64,000 nt of DNA. It comes from Malacoraja senta (Eukaryota). Positions 28,601 to 43,600 of this stretch are shown in pieces. The notes below the pieces were generated by a model. That model searched no databases, was not told where the DNA came from, and saw nothing but the letters and a program-made list of their open reading frames with translations. The first letter of the stretch is position 1, and each line of letters opens with the position of its first letter. Where the stretch lies: NCBI GenBank assembly GCA_038087875.1, contig CM075994.1, positions 3,102,001 through 3,166,000 on the forward strand, given 5' to 3'. The position numbers and the translations under genes were made by a program.

Positions 28601-31600
28601 TCCCAACTTCTATATTCAATGCTCTGATTTATAAAGGCCAGCACACCAAAAGCTTTCATTACCACCCTATCTACATGAGATTCCACCTTCAGGGAACTAT
28701 GCACAGTTATTCCTAGATCCCTCTGTTCAACTGCATTCCTCAATTCGCTACCATTTACCGTGTACGTCCTATTTTGATTTTTTCCTGCCGAGATGTGGCA
28801 CCTCACATTTGTCAGCATTAAACTCCATCTGCCATCTTTCAGCCCACTCTTCCAAATGGCCTAAATCTCTCTGTATACTTTGAAAATCTACTTCATTATC
28901 CATAACACCACCTATCTTAGTATCATCTGCATACCTACTAATCCAATTTTCCACACCATCATCCAGATCATTGATGTACATGACAAACAACAGTGGACCC
29001 AACACAGACCCCTGAGGCACCCCACTAGTCACCGGCCTCCAACCTGACAAACAGCCATCCACCATTACACTCTGGCACCTCCCATTCAGCCACTGTTGAA
29101 TCCATCTTGCTACTCCACCATTAATACCCAACAATTGAATCTTCTTAACCAACCTTCCACGAGGAACCTTGTCAAAGGCCTTACTGAAGTCCATATAGAC
29201 AACATCCACTGCTTTACCCTCATCAATTTCCCTAGTAACCTCTTCGAAAAATTCAAGAAGATTAGTCAAGCATGACCTTCCAGGCACAAATCCATGTTGA
29301 CTGTTCCTAATCAGACCCTGCTTATCCAGATGCTTATATATATTATCTTTAAGTATCCTTTCCATTAATTTGCCCACCACTGACGTCAAACTAACAGGTC
29401 TATAATTGCTAGGTTTACTCTTCGAACCCTTTTTAAACAACGGAACAACATGCGCAGTACGCCAATCCTCCGGCACTATTCCCGTTTCTAATGACATTTG
29501 AAATATTTCTGTCATAGCCCCTGCTATTTCTACACTAACTTCCCTCAATGTCCTAGGGAATATCCTGTCAGGACCTGGAGACTTATCCGTTTTCATATTT
29601 TTCAAAAGTGTCCGCACCTCCTCTTCTTTGAATCTCACAGTTTCCATTGGTACTCTGCTTGTTTCCCTTACCTCACATAATTCCATATCCTTCTCCTTCG
29701 TGAATACCGAAGAAAATAAATTGTTCAATATCTCCCCCATCTCTTTTGGCTCTGCAGATAGCTGTACACTCCGACTCTCTAATGGACCAATTTTATTCCT
29801 TGTTATCCTTTTGCTATTAATATAGCTGTAGAAACCCTTTGGATTTACTTTCACCTGTTGAATCCATCTTGCTACTCCACCATTAATACCCAACAATTGA
29901 ATCTTCTTAATCTTCTTAGTTTAGTTCTGCTTTGTTTAATTTAGTTTAGTTTAGATTTGTTTAGTTTCATTGACTTTTTTCACGTGTGCAGAGATACAGT
30001 GAAAAAATCCATATTCATAGAATTTACGAAAGCACTAAAACTCAAATATCACATTATAGTATACATAATGCACAGTGAAAAAGGCAACTGCAGAAAAGTG
30101 AGCATTGCATATAAAATATTAAACTCATTACATGATATGTGCGATTATGATGAACCTTAATAATTAATTACAGATATTAAAAGATTAAAAAAACTTCTAA
30201 CTGCTCGAGGTCAGTATAAGAAAAGTTCGTCGCACGTGAACATTTAAGGACATGTTTTATTTCTTATGAGTGCATTAATAAGCTCACATAGTGCAACTAC
30301 TATATACCTATTGGCATTTTAAACTGGTTTATTATTTAAAGGATATTATATAGGTAGACACAAAATGCTGGAGTAACTCAGCGGGACAAGCAGCATTTCT
30401 GTAGAGAAGGAATGTGTGACGTCTCGAGACGCTTCTTCAGACTGATGTCAGGGAAGTGGGCGGTACAGAGATAATATGTAGTCGGAGACGGCAAAACTGG
30501 TAGATGAACTGGGATGGGGTAGGGGATGGAGTGAGAGTGTAAGCAAGAACTAATTGAAGTTAGAGAAGTCAATGTTCATACCGTAGTGGTACGAGATACC
30601 TAAGCGAAATTTGAGGTGCTGTTCCTCCATCGTTCGCTGGTTCTCGTTCTGACCATGGAGGAGACACGGGACAGAAAGGTCGGTATGGGACTGAGATGGG
30701 TGGTTCAATTTTTGAGCAAACGGGAGACCAGTTAGGATTAGGCGGACCGAGCAGAGGTATTCAGAATGTAATCAATAGGTAAACATCGAGGTCACTCACC
30801 CTGTACACAGGATCCCCCAGGGTTGCGTCCTCAGCCCCCTATTTTACTCCCTGTACACACATGACTGTGTGGCTAGGTTCAGCTTCAACCCTATAATCAA
30901 AATCATAATCATAGCAAAAGGATTTGAGTATAGGAGCAGGGAGGTTCTACTGCAGTTGTACAGGGTCTTGGTGAGACCACTCCTGGAGTATTGCGTACAG
31001 TTTTGGTCTCCAAATCTGAGGAAGGACCTTATAGCCATAGAGGGAGTGCAGAGAAGGTTCACCAGACTGATTCCTGGGATGTCAGGACTTTCATATGAAG
31101 AAAGACTGGATAGACTTGGCTTATACTCGCTAGAATTTAGGAGATTGAGAGGGGATCATAGAAACGTACAACATTCTTATGGGGTTGGACAGGCTAGATG
31201 CAGGAAGATTGCTCCCGATGTTGGGGAAGTCCAGGACAAGGGGTCACAGCTTACGCATAAGGGGGAAATCCTTTAAGACCGAGATGAGAAAAAACGTTTT
31301 CACACAGAGAGTGGTGAATCTCTGGAACTCTCTGCCAAAGAGGGTAGTGGAGGCCAGTTCATTGGCTACATTTAAGAGGGAGTTAGATGTGGCCCTTGTG
31401 GCTAAAGGGATCAGGGGGTATGGAGAGAAGGCAGGTACGGGATACTGAGTTGGATGATCAGCCATGATCATATTGAATGGCGGTGCAGGCTCGAAGGGCC
31501 GAATGGTCTACTCCTGCACCTATTTTCTATGTATCTATGTATCTATCAAGTTTGCTGATGACACTGTGGTGGTGGGCCTGATCTCCGCTAACGATGAGAT

Positions 31601-34600
31601 GGCCTACCGGGAGGAGGTGGCTGATCTGGCACTCTGGTATCAGGACAACAGCCTCTTCTTGAATGTCAACAAAACTAAGGAGCTGATCGTGGACTTTAGG
31701 AGGGCACAACTTCAGAGGACGTACACACCATTGAAGATAAATGGGGTTACTGTGGTTAGGGTGAGCTGCTTTAAATACCTGGGAGTCCACATCTCAGAGG
31801 ATCTAACATGGACATCACACGCTGCGCACTGGTGAGTAAGGCAAGGCAGCGCCTTTACCACCTCAGTTAAATGAGGAAATTCAGAGTGTCTTTGAGGATA
31901 CTCCAGTGCTTCGACTCAGCGGTTGTGGGAAGAATATTGTCTGGAAACATCACAATTAGGTTTGAGAACTGCTCTGCCCAGGACAAGAAGGCCCTGCAGA
32001 GAGTAGTGCGCTCGGCCGAACGCATTATGGAATCTGCACTCGCCCCCCTGCAGGAACTATACATCAGAAGGTGCAGATCCAGAGCCAGCAACATTATGGG
32101 GGACCCCTTCCACACCAGCAACAGACTGTTCCAGCTGCTACAGTCAGGCAAACGCCTCCGTTGCCATTCTGTGAAAACAGAGAGGATGAGAAGGAGTTTC
32201 TTCCCAGAGGCCATTAAGACTGTATACTCATGTCTCACCAGGGAATAACTTACTGTACCAATTTACTGTGTATGTGGTGTATTTTAAAATTGTTGTTTCT
32301 TCTTGTTTTTTCCTCCCACAAATATGTAATTACTGATTCAGTTCCATTCTGTTTTGTACTCTTTTTGCACAATCCGCAAGCATTGCTACTTTTCATTTCA
32401 CTGCACATCTCGTATGCGTATGTGACGAATAAACTTGACTTGACTTGAGGCTGTTTTTCTTCAAATTCGATGATAATAATAAAACCTGGTTTGGTTAGTT
32501 TGCGGAGAAAGCAATCGGAACTGGCAAGTTGATTCTTGTTATTATCAGAAAAAAAGAAGAGTTGAAAGCCGCGCACATAATTGTCGGTAGGGCACATCAA
32601 GAATAGGCTTCTCGGCAAATAACAGCACAGACGCTGCAGATATGACCCCTTGTCAATAAGGATATGCTCTGCGCCGAAGCGTTGGGCACAACGTTCACAT
32701 TTGTTGAATGCGTAACCCTTCCTTGTGAAAAGTCGGATTGTAATGGAGTTTGTCTCAGGCAAGCGTTTGAGATTGACAGTTCCCCTTGATTCGATGAAGT
32801 CAAACTTTGGAGGCCAATACTTTAACATGAAAATTTTACGCAGTCAAAATCATCTCAATTTCCTATGTCAATTTTAGCAAGGTGCTTGGATTGGGTAGTT
32901 ATTTTGGAACGTATCAAAAAGCTAATGCAAACAATCAATCTTGTCAGATATCGAATGATTAAAATCTCATTTATTGACACATTTTCGGCTGTAGAGGAAC
33001 AAGTGAAAGAAAAAGAAACAGGTAATCATGAATACAATGAAATAGTTTTAATAATCACTGGATATGATCTTTGTAGTCAGTTTATTCATGGGTGAAGAAT
33101 ATCGATGTCGTAAATTGTGATGATGATTTATGCATAGAATTGATTCTGATTGTAGACATAGACACATTGATAGTTTCGGCCATTTTGACCGGTCATCTTG
33201 TTATAAGTAATAATTCACTCAGTACTAAAAGATAGAACAAAGAGCAAATGTGAGGCTGAATCTTAATTTCGTGGAAAGTGCAATAAATGAAACCGTTCAC
33301 ACCTTGGCAAGTTATGTGTAAAAGGGATGGGATAAAATAGAATAATGCACGTGCAAATCACTGCAGGAGCTTTATGACAGAAAACATACAAACTACTAGA
33401 TACTTGGAAATAATGCACAAATTATTATTATATTGAATTATTTGGGGCATTTTACACTTAGTCCACGTGTATATTAAATTACAGACATTAAACGATTGGA
33501 AACTCTGCAAGAAGATGCAGGTTAGACCAAGAATTGTTAATTTTCAAAAATAAAATTGTATATAATTGAGTAGGAAATGCCTTACATTTATGGCTTATAA
33601 GAATCTCCTCCTGCGTTCATTCCTTGTGTAAGGTAATGACAATCTTAGATAAACTCAATTGTTGGGCGACTGTGCAGACAACGATGCCAAACATTGTTTG
33701 TCCTTGCTACTGTGTGGTCTCCGTTTTGTAATGGATTAAGGATTGTGAACTATCGCATTGGATGAAGTGCGGTACTTCCTTGATACCAATGCTGGTATCG
33801 TTCACATTAAGTCTGGATTTAAGCAGTTAATTCAAGCTTAATAAGATGTTATGGAGCATCACATTGGCGATATCATATGCATCATAGCTTGTTAAAGTCA
33901 TTCCTCTAACCAAAATCTCACGATCTGTAAATAATGTGATTCAACCCAGTGATTCGTTCAAACCTACTTCCCCCAGGTCTTCCAAATCTCCAATTACACT
34001 CATCTAAACATCACGCTGCCTCAGAAAAAATAGTTTATATAATCGTTGACCAACTCCTCAGTTATTACAGCACCCCGGCTTTCCAGGGCGCAAATGATAC
34101 CAAATCTTGAAAGTTCGCACCCATAAATTGAAGAGATCGTTCTTCTTCACTGCTATAAAACAATTGAACGAAACTCTCATATGTTTAGGATGTTTTCACC
34201 TTCTCCAGTCTGCCTCATTGCAACATTTGTGCTGCTTTACGAGACGATACGAAACGATAAGATAGAACTTTATTTATCTCCAGTGAAAAATTGATCTCGC
34301 AACAATCATAAAACACAACACATGGAGTGACGAGTGGAACGGTTTAGGGATGTGCAAAAATATGGGAGGGTGGGGGGGGGGCAATGTACCACACGGCCGA
34401 ATGGGAGCATTTGTACAGTTTGATAATCACAGGGAATAAAGGACCACGTGTCGCGTTCTGTACTGCATCTTTATGGAACCAGTCTGTTGCTGAGAATACT
34501 CCTTCGGTTGACCAGTTTGTAATGGAGGGGGTGAGATGTGCTGGCCAAGATTCTCCGAGTACGAGGAGCATCCTGCCCTCCAAGACCGCCTCCCAAGTAT

Positions 34601-37600
34601 CCAACTTCGCCTCCAGGACGGAGCCAATCTTCCTGGTGAAGTTGTTAATACTGTTGGCGTTTGCGGCCTTCGCCCTGTCCACGTAGCGTACGACAGCAAA
34701 GAAAATGGCACTGGCTACCACCGATTGCTCGAAAATGAGCAGCATCTTACTGCAGACGGTAATGGAGCGGAGACTTTTCAAAAAGTACAGCCGGCTCTGT
34801 CACTTCGTGTCCACGACCTGAGTGTTCCTGGACCAGTCGAGTTTGCTACACTCACTTACAACTGCACTTTCTATGCAGTTGTAACTCAATATTCAGCTTT
34901 CGGTTTCCGTTTTCTGTTTTTGTCAAAGTCAAAGTCAATTTTATTCGTCACATGCACCCTAAAATGAATTTTCACTACTACTTATTTTATAGACATGTAG
35001 TGTATGCGTACTCATGGGTGGTATGTTTTGTCTAGCAACATTTTTCACGGCACATCACTGCACGTGAAAATAACGAAATAGCCCAATATCATTGCCTTTT
35101 TGTGAATTTCAAGACACCCTAGTTTCCAGTGAGTGATGTTCGTCAGCAGCTCGTGATTGGAATTCTGCTACGCTGTGATCAATGGTTGTCAGTGCGAATT
35201 GACGACTTGATCCAATATGAACCAGAAATTATATCGAATCATGGCACGGTGGCGCAGCGGCACTGTTCATGCCTCAAAGCATTTGCAGCGCCGGAGCCCG
35301 GGGGTCGATCCTGACTACGGGTGCTTTCTGTACGGAATTTGTACCTTCTCCCCCTGACCGTGTAGTTTTTCTGCGCGGTGTTCGGTTTACTCCCACACTC
35401 CAAAGACGTACAGGTATGTAGGTTAATTGTCTTGCATGTCCATCTGTAAACATGACCCTAATACGTGTAGGATAGTGTAGTGTGAGTAAATCGCTGGCCA
35501 GGAAGGAGTCGGTGGGCCTCGGTGTATCTCTAAACTAAACTAAATTAAATCACAACATTTGATGTGCTCTCTCGCCCGGCCTGTTCTGGTAGATATTTAC
35601 CTTATTTTTACTTAAATCATTCTGTTCCCTTATTTCTCTGATTATGGGATATATGTCTAAACATGAACATGTGTATTTCCAAGAAATCATAGCCTCCCAC
35701 GCAGTGCCGAACCACGCGAAAGGGCTGCCTTCAGATCACTGAATGGCAAACACCGAGAATAGCTGTGAAAATAAAATACAACTGGCAGCGGGCGACTCGC
35801 ATTCAAGAGCCAAAGGAGGAGTGTTTTATTATCATGTGTCCCGAAACGGAATAATGAAATGCTTACTTGCTGAATGAAATTAAGCACTGTCATTACATCA
35901 CGACGGGCTTTTCTTTCAATGTAGATTGATTAAAGGAGGACAATGTCGCGTAGAATGTCCAGTATATATGATTTGTACCTTTACCACTTATTCTGTGAAA
36001 CATCGCGCACACATTTGTAGAAAAGTGAAATAATGTACAGAGCAGAAGGTACGATATTATATGGTTTGTGTATTGATCTGTGCACTACATCTTGCAGAGG
36101 AGCACCTGAGAGAAAAGGAATCGGGTAAGTAGAAATACTTATCAAATATTTATAATTGGACGAGACTAAGTGTGACCCGCCGGGTCCCAGCATCATACGG
36201 GAGCGCTGGTCCCCCAACTCAATAATCCACCACTCCTGCAATTCTAATATTGGTGGCCAGTGGGGAGGGGGCTTTCTGGAGCGTCAGTATGGGTGTTGTG
36301 GACTTAATTGGCTGGTTTCCAGAGGGATAGTATGGACATTGTGGGCTCAATGGATTCTTGGGCTGGCGGCTCAGTCACTCAAGCCTGTTCTTCTGGCACC
36401 TCACTCACTCACGGTTGGTGGGCTGGCAGTTGACTCACGGCTATTCCTTGAAATTCCATTTCAAGCAGGGTGCAAGGCCACCAAATTCAAGTGAAGTTTC
36501 TTACCAATTCAAGCAGGGTGCAAGGCCACCAAATTCAAGTGCACTTTCATACCATTTCAAGCATGGTGCAAGGCCACTAAAGACAGCGAGTCGTGACCTC
36601 TCCCTCCTCCATCTTGAAGAGTCGGAGCCTCGCCCACACTTCTGGGTTTTATAGTCCCTCCCCCTCCCATCAGAAGCGGCGTGGCCTTCATGGCGTGATT
36701 GACAGGAGAGAGAATTTCAACATTATTTAAACACTAATAATTATTTTATTTTTCATCGATGGGAAAAATCCTCGGCACGTGGTGAGCGAAGGGGGACTCT
36801 GAGTAAGATTGCCAAAAATCACAGCCGTACGTGGAAGCGTTTTGTTCTAAAATCAATATAAAGTGCAAATGGGAAGCGGTCAAGATTAGACTTTTAATGA
36901 TATAGAAGGCAAGGCAACTTTAATTAGGCAAGGCAACTTTAATAAGGCAAGGCAACTTTAATTAGGCAAGGCAACTTTAATTAGTGAAGGTAAATTTAAT
37001 TAGGCAACGCAAATTTAATTAGGCAGAGCAACTTTAATTCGGCAAGGCAACTTTAATTATGCAACGCAACTTTAATTCGGCAAGGCAATTTAATTAGGCA
37101 ACACAACTTTACCATTTGCAAACCAACGGCAAAAAAGCTTTAGCATTTACAAAGCAAAGGCAACACAGCTTTAGCATTTCCAAACCAAAGACTACAGAAC
37201 TTTAGCATTTCAAAACTATATTTTCAAACCACATTAAGGGCACTGACAGGTCAGTAAAACCACTCACAGTTTAGTAGACATGCGTTCACTGTTATTCGCA
37301 GCTCAGAATGAGAAACGTGACCCTCTCGCTCCCCCATCTTGCAGAGACTGACTGAGGCACTCAATACTTCCGTGATTTATAGTCCCTCCGGCAGGGGCGT
37401 GGCCTTCAGGAGAGAAAATCTCAACATTTTTTAAACACTAGTAAATCTTTTAATTTTCATCAATGGGAAAAATCCTCTTGCCCTGCGCAGCGGAGGGAGA
37501 CTCTGAGTGAGATGGCCAAAAATCACAGCCGTAAGTGCGAGCGTTGTTTCTATAATCAATATAGAGAACATCAGGGCGTGGTTAAGACCAGACTTTTAAT

Positions 37601-40600
37601 AATGTAGCTTATCTTCAACAGTGAATTAACGAAGTAAAATAATTCTTTAAATCACTCACTATTATCGGGAAAGGCCAAATTCCCGAATGAATGAATGAAA
37701 TAATGAATGAATGATTAATTCTAAAATTTTGGAAAGGCCCTACGGCCCCCACAATCAAAATGTGGATTATAGAAATGACGGAGACCTTAAACGTGGAAAG
37801 AATCAGATTTTCCCTGTTGGACAAACAGGAATTATTCGTAGGAACATGGTCTCCTTTTATTGATTACTTAAAGGGTCAGAATAGTTCAGCACAGGAACCT
37901 GACTAGCACTCGGGCTAAAGAATGGATGAAATGCTATACTCTGAAATGTACGAATATATCTCGAATGAAGTTTTTTATTTCAATAAATTTTTCCATTCTT
38001 CTTTAACTATTTTTCTCTTTTTTTTTTTTTTTTTTTTCTCTTTTTTTTTTTTAATTTATTTTTTTATTCTTCTTCTCTTTCTTTTCTTTCTTTACTTCAT
38101 CTATCTCTTTAGTTCTATCTAGTTTTTAAAAAAAAGGCAAAAGGTATTGGAGACAATGTAATAATAATTGACAATATTATCAATTTAAAAATGTTAGACT
38201 GTAATGATGTAAATAAATTGTGTACTTATCTCCAATAATAAAAAATATTTTAAAAAAAAATAAAAAAATAATGAATGAATGAATGATTGATTGAAATAAT
38301 GATGAATGAATGAATGAATGAATGAATGAATGAATGAATGAATGAATGAATGGATGAATGAATGAATGACAGAATGAATGAAGGAATGAATGAATGAAGA
38401 AATACTTTATTATCACATGTGGCAAGTCAGAGTGAAATTCTTTGCTTGCGTACCCAAGTATGCCGTATAGTTGCCCATAAAACGCGCTGATGGATTTATA
38501 AAGGCGCCAGGTCCCCTTTGTTTCCCAACAAATATAATTTGCAATATGATTTCGGCGTCTGAAACCAAGATTAAACGCATATATTGAAAATGACACAAAT
38601 TGTAACTCAGCTGGTCTAAGAGCATCTTCGGAGAACCTAGATAGGTAACTTTTCAGATCAAGCCCCTACTAAGTATCTCTTGATGTGGAACTATTCAATC
38701 GTCGCCTCCGCCTCATGGGCCTTTATCTGTGGGAGGGAATCCTCGTCTCCCAGTCACGACCGTGTCATCTTCTCTCTCTAACATTTACCCTCCGCTTGGT
38801 CCGCCCGTACCTTCTCTGGATATCCCCTCCAAACACCTATTGTCACTTGCAAATCGACGTCTTCCATTAGGCACGATCACTCCCTATGTTCAGCTACTTG
38901 AAAAGTTAACATCTATGACCGAGCATCTCGGTTGGATGTTTCAAGGGCCCTGTTTTACCCATTCGGTCGAGAATGGAACTTGCTTTTGAGTTATATTGTC
39001 CTCAAACCAACCTGCGCCTTTATAATAATAGTTACGTGAACTTTTCCACCAGAAACAGAAGGCTTTCATTAATTAAATATAATATTCTCAAATCTGTGAT
39101 GCTTTCACCTGCAAAATGTGTTTCCATATGTTTCCTTTACAGATGTTATAAATTGGGGGCAACACCAAGTTGCAGCGATTAGAGTGATCGAATATATCCA
39201 GTAACACCTTTTCAACCCTCACTTTAAAATCTGTATGTTTCGAGGATGAGGTAGTGACAACATGTTCTGCCATATCCTATGGTTTGGAAGATCGTTTTAA
39301 TTCCCGATTATGTACCGAAAGGGAAGTAGATTAGATGGAAACGCCAGCAAGATGAAACGTGAGAATGGTTGCATGATGACCTGGGCTATATCAATGGACC
39401 GAATAACGAAATTAGTGTTATCTGACAATGTGACACTATTGGTGAACCAATAGTAAATCTTAAGGTTTCAATAACAAAAGAAATTTGGAAAATCTGCAAT
39501 ACATTTTATTAATTTAAAGTGTCCCTGAAATAATCATTTTTTGTATTGCGAGTAAACAGATATTAATGCCGAGATAGATTACAAGAAGAATGGTCTTCAC
39601 AGATAATGGAGGCATTCTTGTATTAAATAAACTCAGGGAACACGGTGAGTTAAGGTGGGGGGGCCTGCAGCTAAATGGTGGAAAAAAGCTTAAATGAGTA
39701 AGGCGGAAGGAAATATGTGCAGGAAATATACGCTGAACCAGTAGTCTTTTAACATATCAAAATATTGCTTCATTCCAGAAATAAAGCGATTGAAAAACGT
39801 ACAAGTGGATACAGGTAAGAACATAGATTATTTAAAGAAAATAATGATACATTTATTCTGGTTTTATTCATATCTGGCCGATGTTACTTGTCCGTCAGTT
39901 TAATTAATCTACGTATATGTATAGGCGTCGATAATACAGAACGGTATCACTTTAATAGTGAGCAGAAAATACATCGATCATTGCTTTTTCTGCCCAGTTT
40001 TATTTCAATATTGCGTTATGAATTTAATAATTTTTAAAGTTAACAAGCTGTGAGCTTATCTCACACAAGAAAGCGTTAAAACATGTTCATGTTGTTCAGA
40101 TAATTGTTTGCGAACTACCTAATGGCGCTTCGATTGTAGTAAAACAATCCATAGAAAGAAATGACATTCTTGTTCAGAATTGCTACATTGTACCTTTGTG
40201 TGTGCAGAAGTTCAACTGCGAAAAAAAGATGCAGGTAAAAATAAACGCCCAGCAAAAATCTCTGCAGTTCCACCACCAGTGCTTAAAGGAGCAATGTTGT
40301 TTATCTTTTTATTGTTAAGCTTAGAAGAAAAAAAAACATATTGTCATATATCGGCGTCACCTTCACCAATCGTACATAATATTCGTAACTTATCTTACCA
40401 GCTTTTGGAAAGATAACTCATTGTGAATTGTTCCAAGCTATCCAACAACCACTGGCCACCCGTCAACTTTTTAAAGGCACTCCACCCACCGCCATGATAG
40501 ACGTCTGGCTGCCCCTTCATTCAACATGGGTTTTGCATGGTCGTTATATGCCCGCGATAATCACAGACTTTCAAAACGAATTGCAATGCATACAACAAAT

Positions 40601-43600
40601 TCATTAACATGTCTAAGAATTATTTTTAAATTGAAGGATTTAAAAATAAATCTATCTCATCGACATTCCTCAAGGGAAAACAATAGCGCCATTTCTCAAG
40701 GGAAAACAATGGTCCGTTTCCCTCCAACGAAATTAATAATTTTCATTGAAACAACGAATAAAACCATGTAAAAGTTAAAGCATTGAAATACCGACAATTT
40801 GCTACCGCCAAGAATTTCGTGAAAAGGAAACAATTTGCACTCGATCTGTAGAGAAGAGTGCAGCTCTACCGAAATCACCAACATTAGGACGAGCGGAGGT
40901 ACTTGTGTGGTGCAGTTCAAGTGAAACTGGATTTCCAATATATCTGAGTGTCAACACTTAGAAAAGAAACCTCCAATCAGCAGTACGAATCAGCCGATAT
41001 ACCCATTCCATTCTATCGAAGGAATAACCCTGTTCTATAAACTTTAAATAACATCATATATCAAGATGCCATTACATATTTACTTTATCGTGATATAAAA
41101 TACAAATGTGTTGGCTTGGTCTGCCATACTTCATATACCTCTTCAACGCTTTGGGTGATAAAGAAACACACGATAGTGTGGCTTTTTCGGAGTAAGAAAG
41201 GTGAAAAGTTATACACTTCGTACTTTTCATTATGTCGGGCATCTATAGAAAAATATTCTATCGTCGACGGAATCTTGATCATTAAATTATAACCGACTAG
41301 AAAAACAGAAATTATAACCGCCCAGAAAAAGGCGCAATGTAAACATAGAGGCCATGTTATTTTTCTAATAATACTATTTTAAAAAATCGAGATTTAAAAA
41401 AAGCAAAATTAGTAATTGCATACGAACACGATGCAATAGATGAAAAATGGCTTACGACGGGATGCACCCCGTTTCTCCAACTGCTATATGACTCAACTTA
41501 GAAACCCTTGATTTTTAATAATGACGAAAAGCACCAGTTTGCCCCGCTCAGATAATCAACCGAACCATTTCTATATTAAAGATGATACTAACCCCCTTGA
41601 ATATCCGTTCATATATATTAATTAATGCGATATATGAGGCTTTATACGCAATTTCGAAATCAGGAATTCAATTCGGAATTAAGGTTGATTCTGAATATAT
41701 TGAAGCACTTTAATAATTCAATACATTATTGGAAACGGGAATAGTTAAGAAGGATGGAATGCTGTCATCAATCCCCATTAGAAACTGAAGATCCCCTAGG
41801 AAATACATATGATTAGTGAGTGGTTCTGCAAACTGTGAATATTTAATTTGACGTGGCACAGCTTGAAGGGTTCTTGTTTCGCTTCCAAACGTTGTGGAAA
41901 ACAGCAGGCGGATGGCAACGCTTCGAATTATATCAACAATCTTTCAATAAATTCAAGATATCAATTTTCCGATCGAAATACACGTCAATGATAAGGACAA
42001 ATACAAATATATTATGAGCTTGCCGCCAATCATTCTGCTAAATTTTCAAAATGTAACTTGGGGATGCAATAGAAGCAAATAAAATAAGTAAATTAGTCAG
42101 AGATAAGGACAAATAGAATATTTAAAATGCTCGCCAAAATTGAGTGCTTATTTTCCATTGTCCGATTGAACAGCGGCCAAGTGAACGCCGAACACTTTAT
42201 GCAAATAGCAATGTCGTACTATTGCATAGCAACTGGAAGATATTCGTGATATTGTGAAATGCCAAATGAAAATTAATCTTTTTTGTCAGAAATATCCCGA
42301 TTGATAAAGATGCAGGATTTTCAAGGTCGGAATAATCATTACTAATTGATTTACCGTAATGAATGAGGATTGTGAAAGTTTAATCATGTCGTAGTGTTCA
42401 AGTATATTGTACGAATGTAAAAGCAAATCCCTTCCTTTATTCAATTCAAGAGTATTTAGCTGCAGCCAGGTATCATAAACGGACACATTTTTGCTTTGCC
42501 GTGGAGCGCCAGACAGTATTGGTAGCCCATTCGTTCCTCTAAATGCTATAGGAGTTGGGCGTGTTATTTTAATCCTGAAGAAAATACATTACTAGAATGC
42601 TATCTGTAAGCATCTTCGGAATTCAGCGAATGATCTTGCTCAGTGTCTATTTACAGGCAAATGGGGCATTTCCAATGCTACTAAACATGCACACGGGTTG
42701 CACTCCTGTCACTGTCGCGCCACATATCAAACAAGTTATTTGATGATAAAAATAAATACATACTTATCAAAGTATTCGGTACCGTTGGGCCAAACACTCA
42801 ACAGCGGTCCACCAAGGCCTGCTGGATCTCCAGGTTTCATCTCACTTCCCAATTCACATAGCTCTCATTCGCCCTCAGGATCGCACCATTGTCAGATTGA
42901 TGCCGCGCGCGAAGTGGAGGATCAGCTCCTCATATTCCTATTGGATACCTTAGAAACTACGGTTTGAATACTGAATTCTCCCATTTTAGACAACTAAACA
43001 TTAAAACAAACTCCCATCCCCGTTCTCTTCCATGCACCTCACCCGTATGCACCCCGTTTCTCCAACTATTCTTCTCCCCTTTCCCCTTATGCCGTTCCCT
43101 TACACCTCCTTCCGCCCCCTGGCTCACATGTGTCGCTTCTTCACTCCTCATTTCATACTTTCGTTTTAATTAATGTAGATCTCTGGCGTTTGTCCAACCG
43201 GTTGCCAAGCAATATCCTCACCTGTATCCATGCATCGCTTGGTTTTGCCCCGCGCACCTCTCTTCAACTTTAACTTATCAATAACAATCAGGCCGAAAAA
43301 GAGTCTCTACCCGGGACGTTGCTTACCCATGTTCCCCGGAAATGCAAGCTGACCCACCGATTAACTCAAGCACTTTATTTGTTTACCTATCAAAGGATGT
43401 TGAGTCAAGATAAAGTCACATTTCGAAAAAAAAATGTTTGAGTAAAATAGCATGCGCCACATCCTATTGTTGCCTATTTTTTCGAAATACACAGGAGGAA
43501 TTTAATCATTGCTCATGAGCGCCCGTAACAGGGAGCATCCTACATTCCAGAAAACAAGGCGTCGACAAAGTCGTGGCGTCAAGTATTGCATATGTAATAA

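Noticed and set aside
36456..37210. CRISPR-like repeat arrays
   Set aside because: Head-to-tail minisatellites without unique spacers, in a eukaryotic context with no cas genes.
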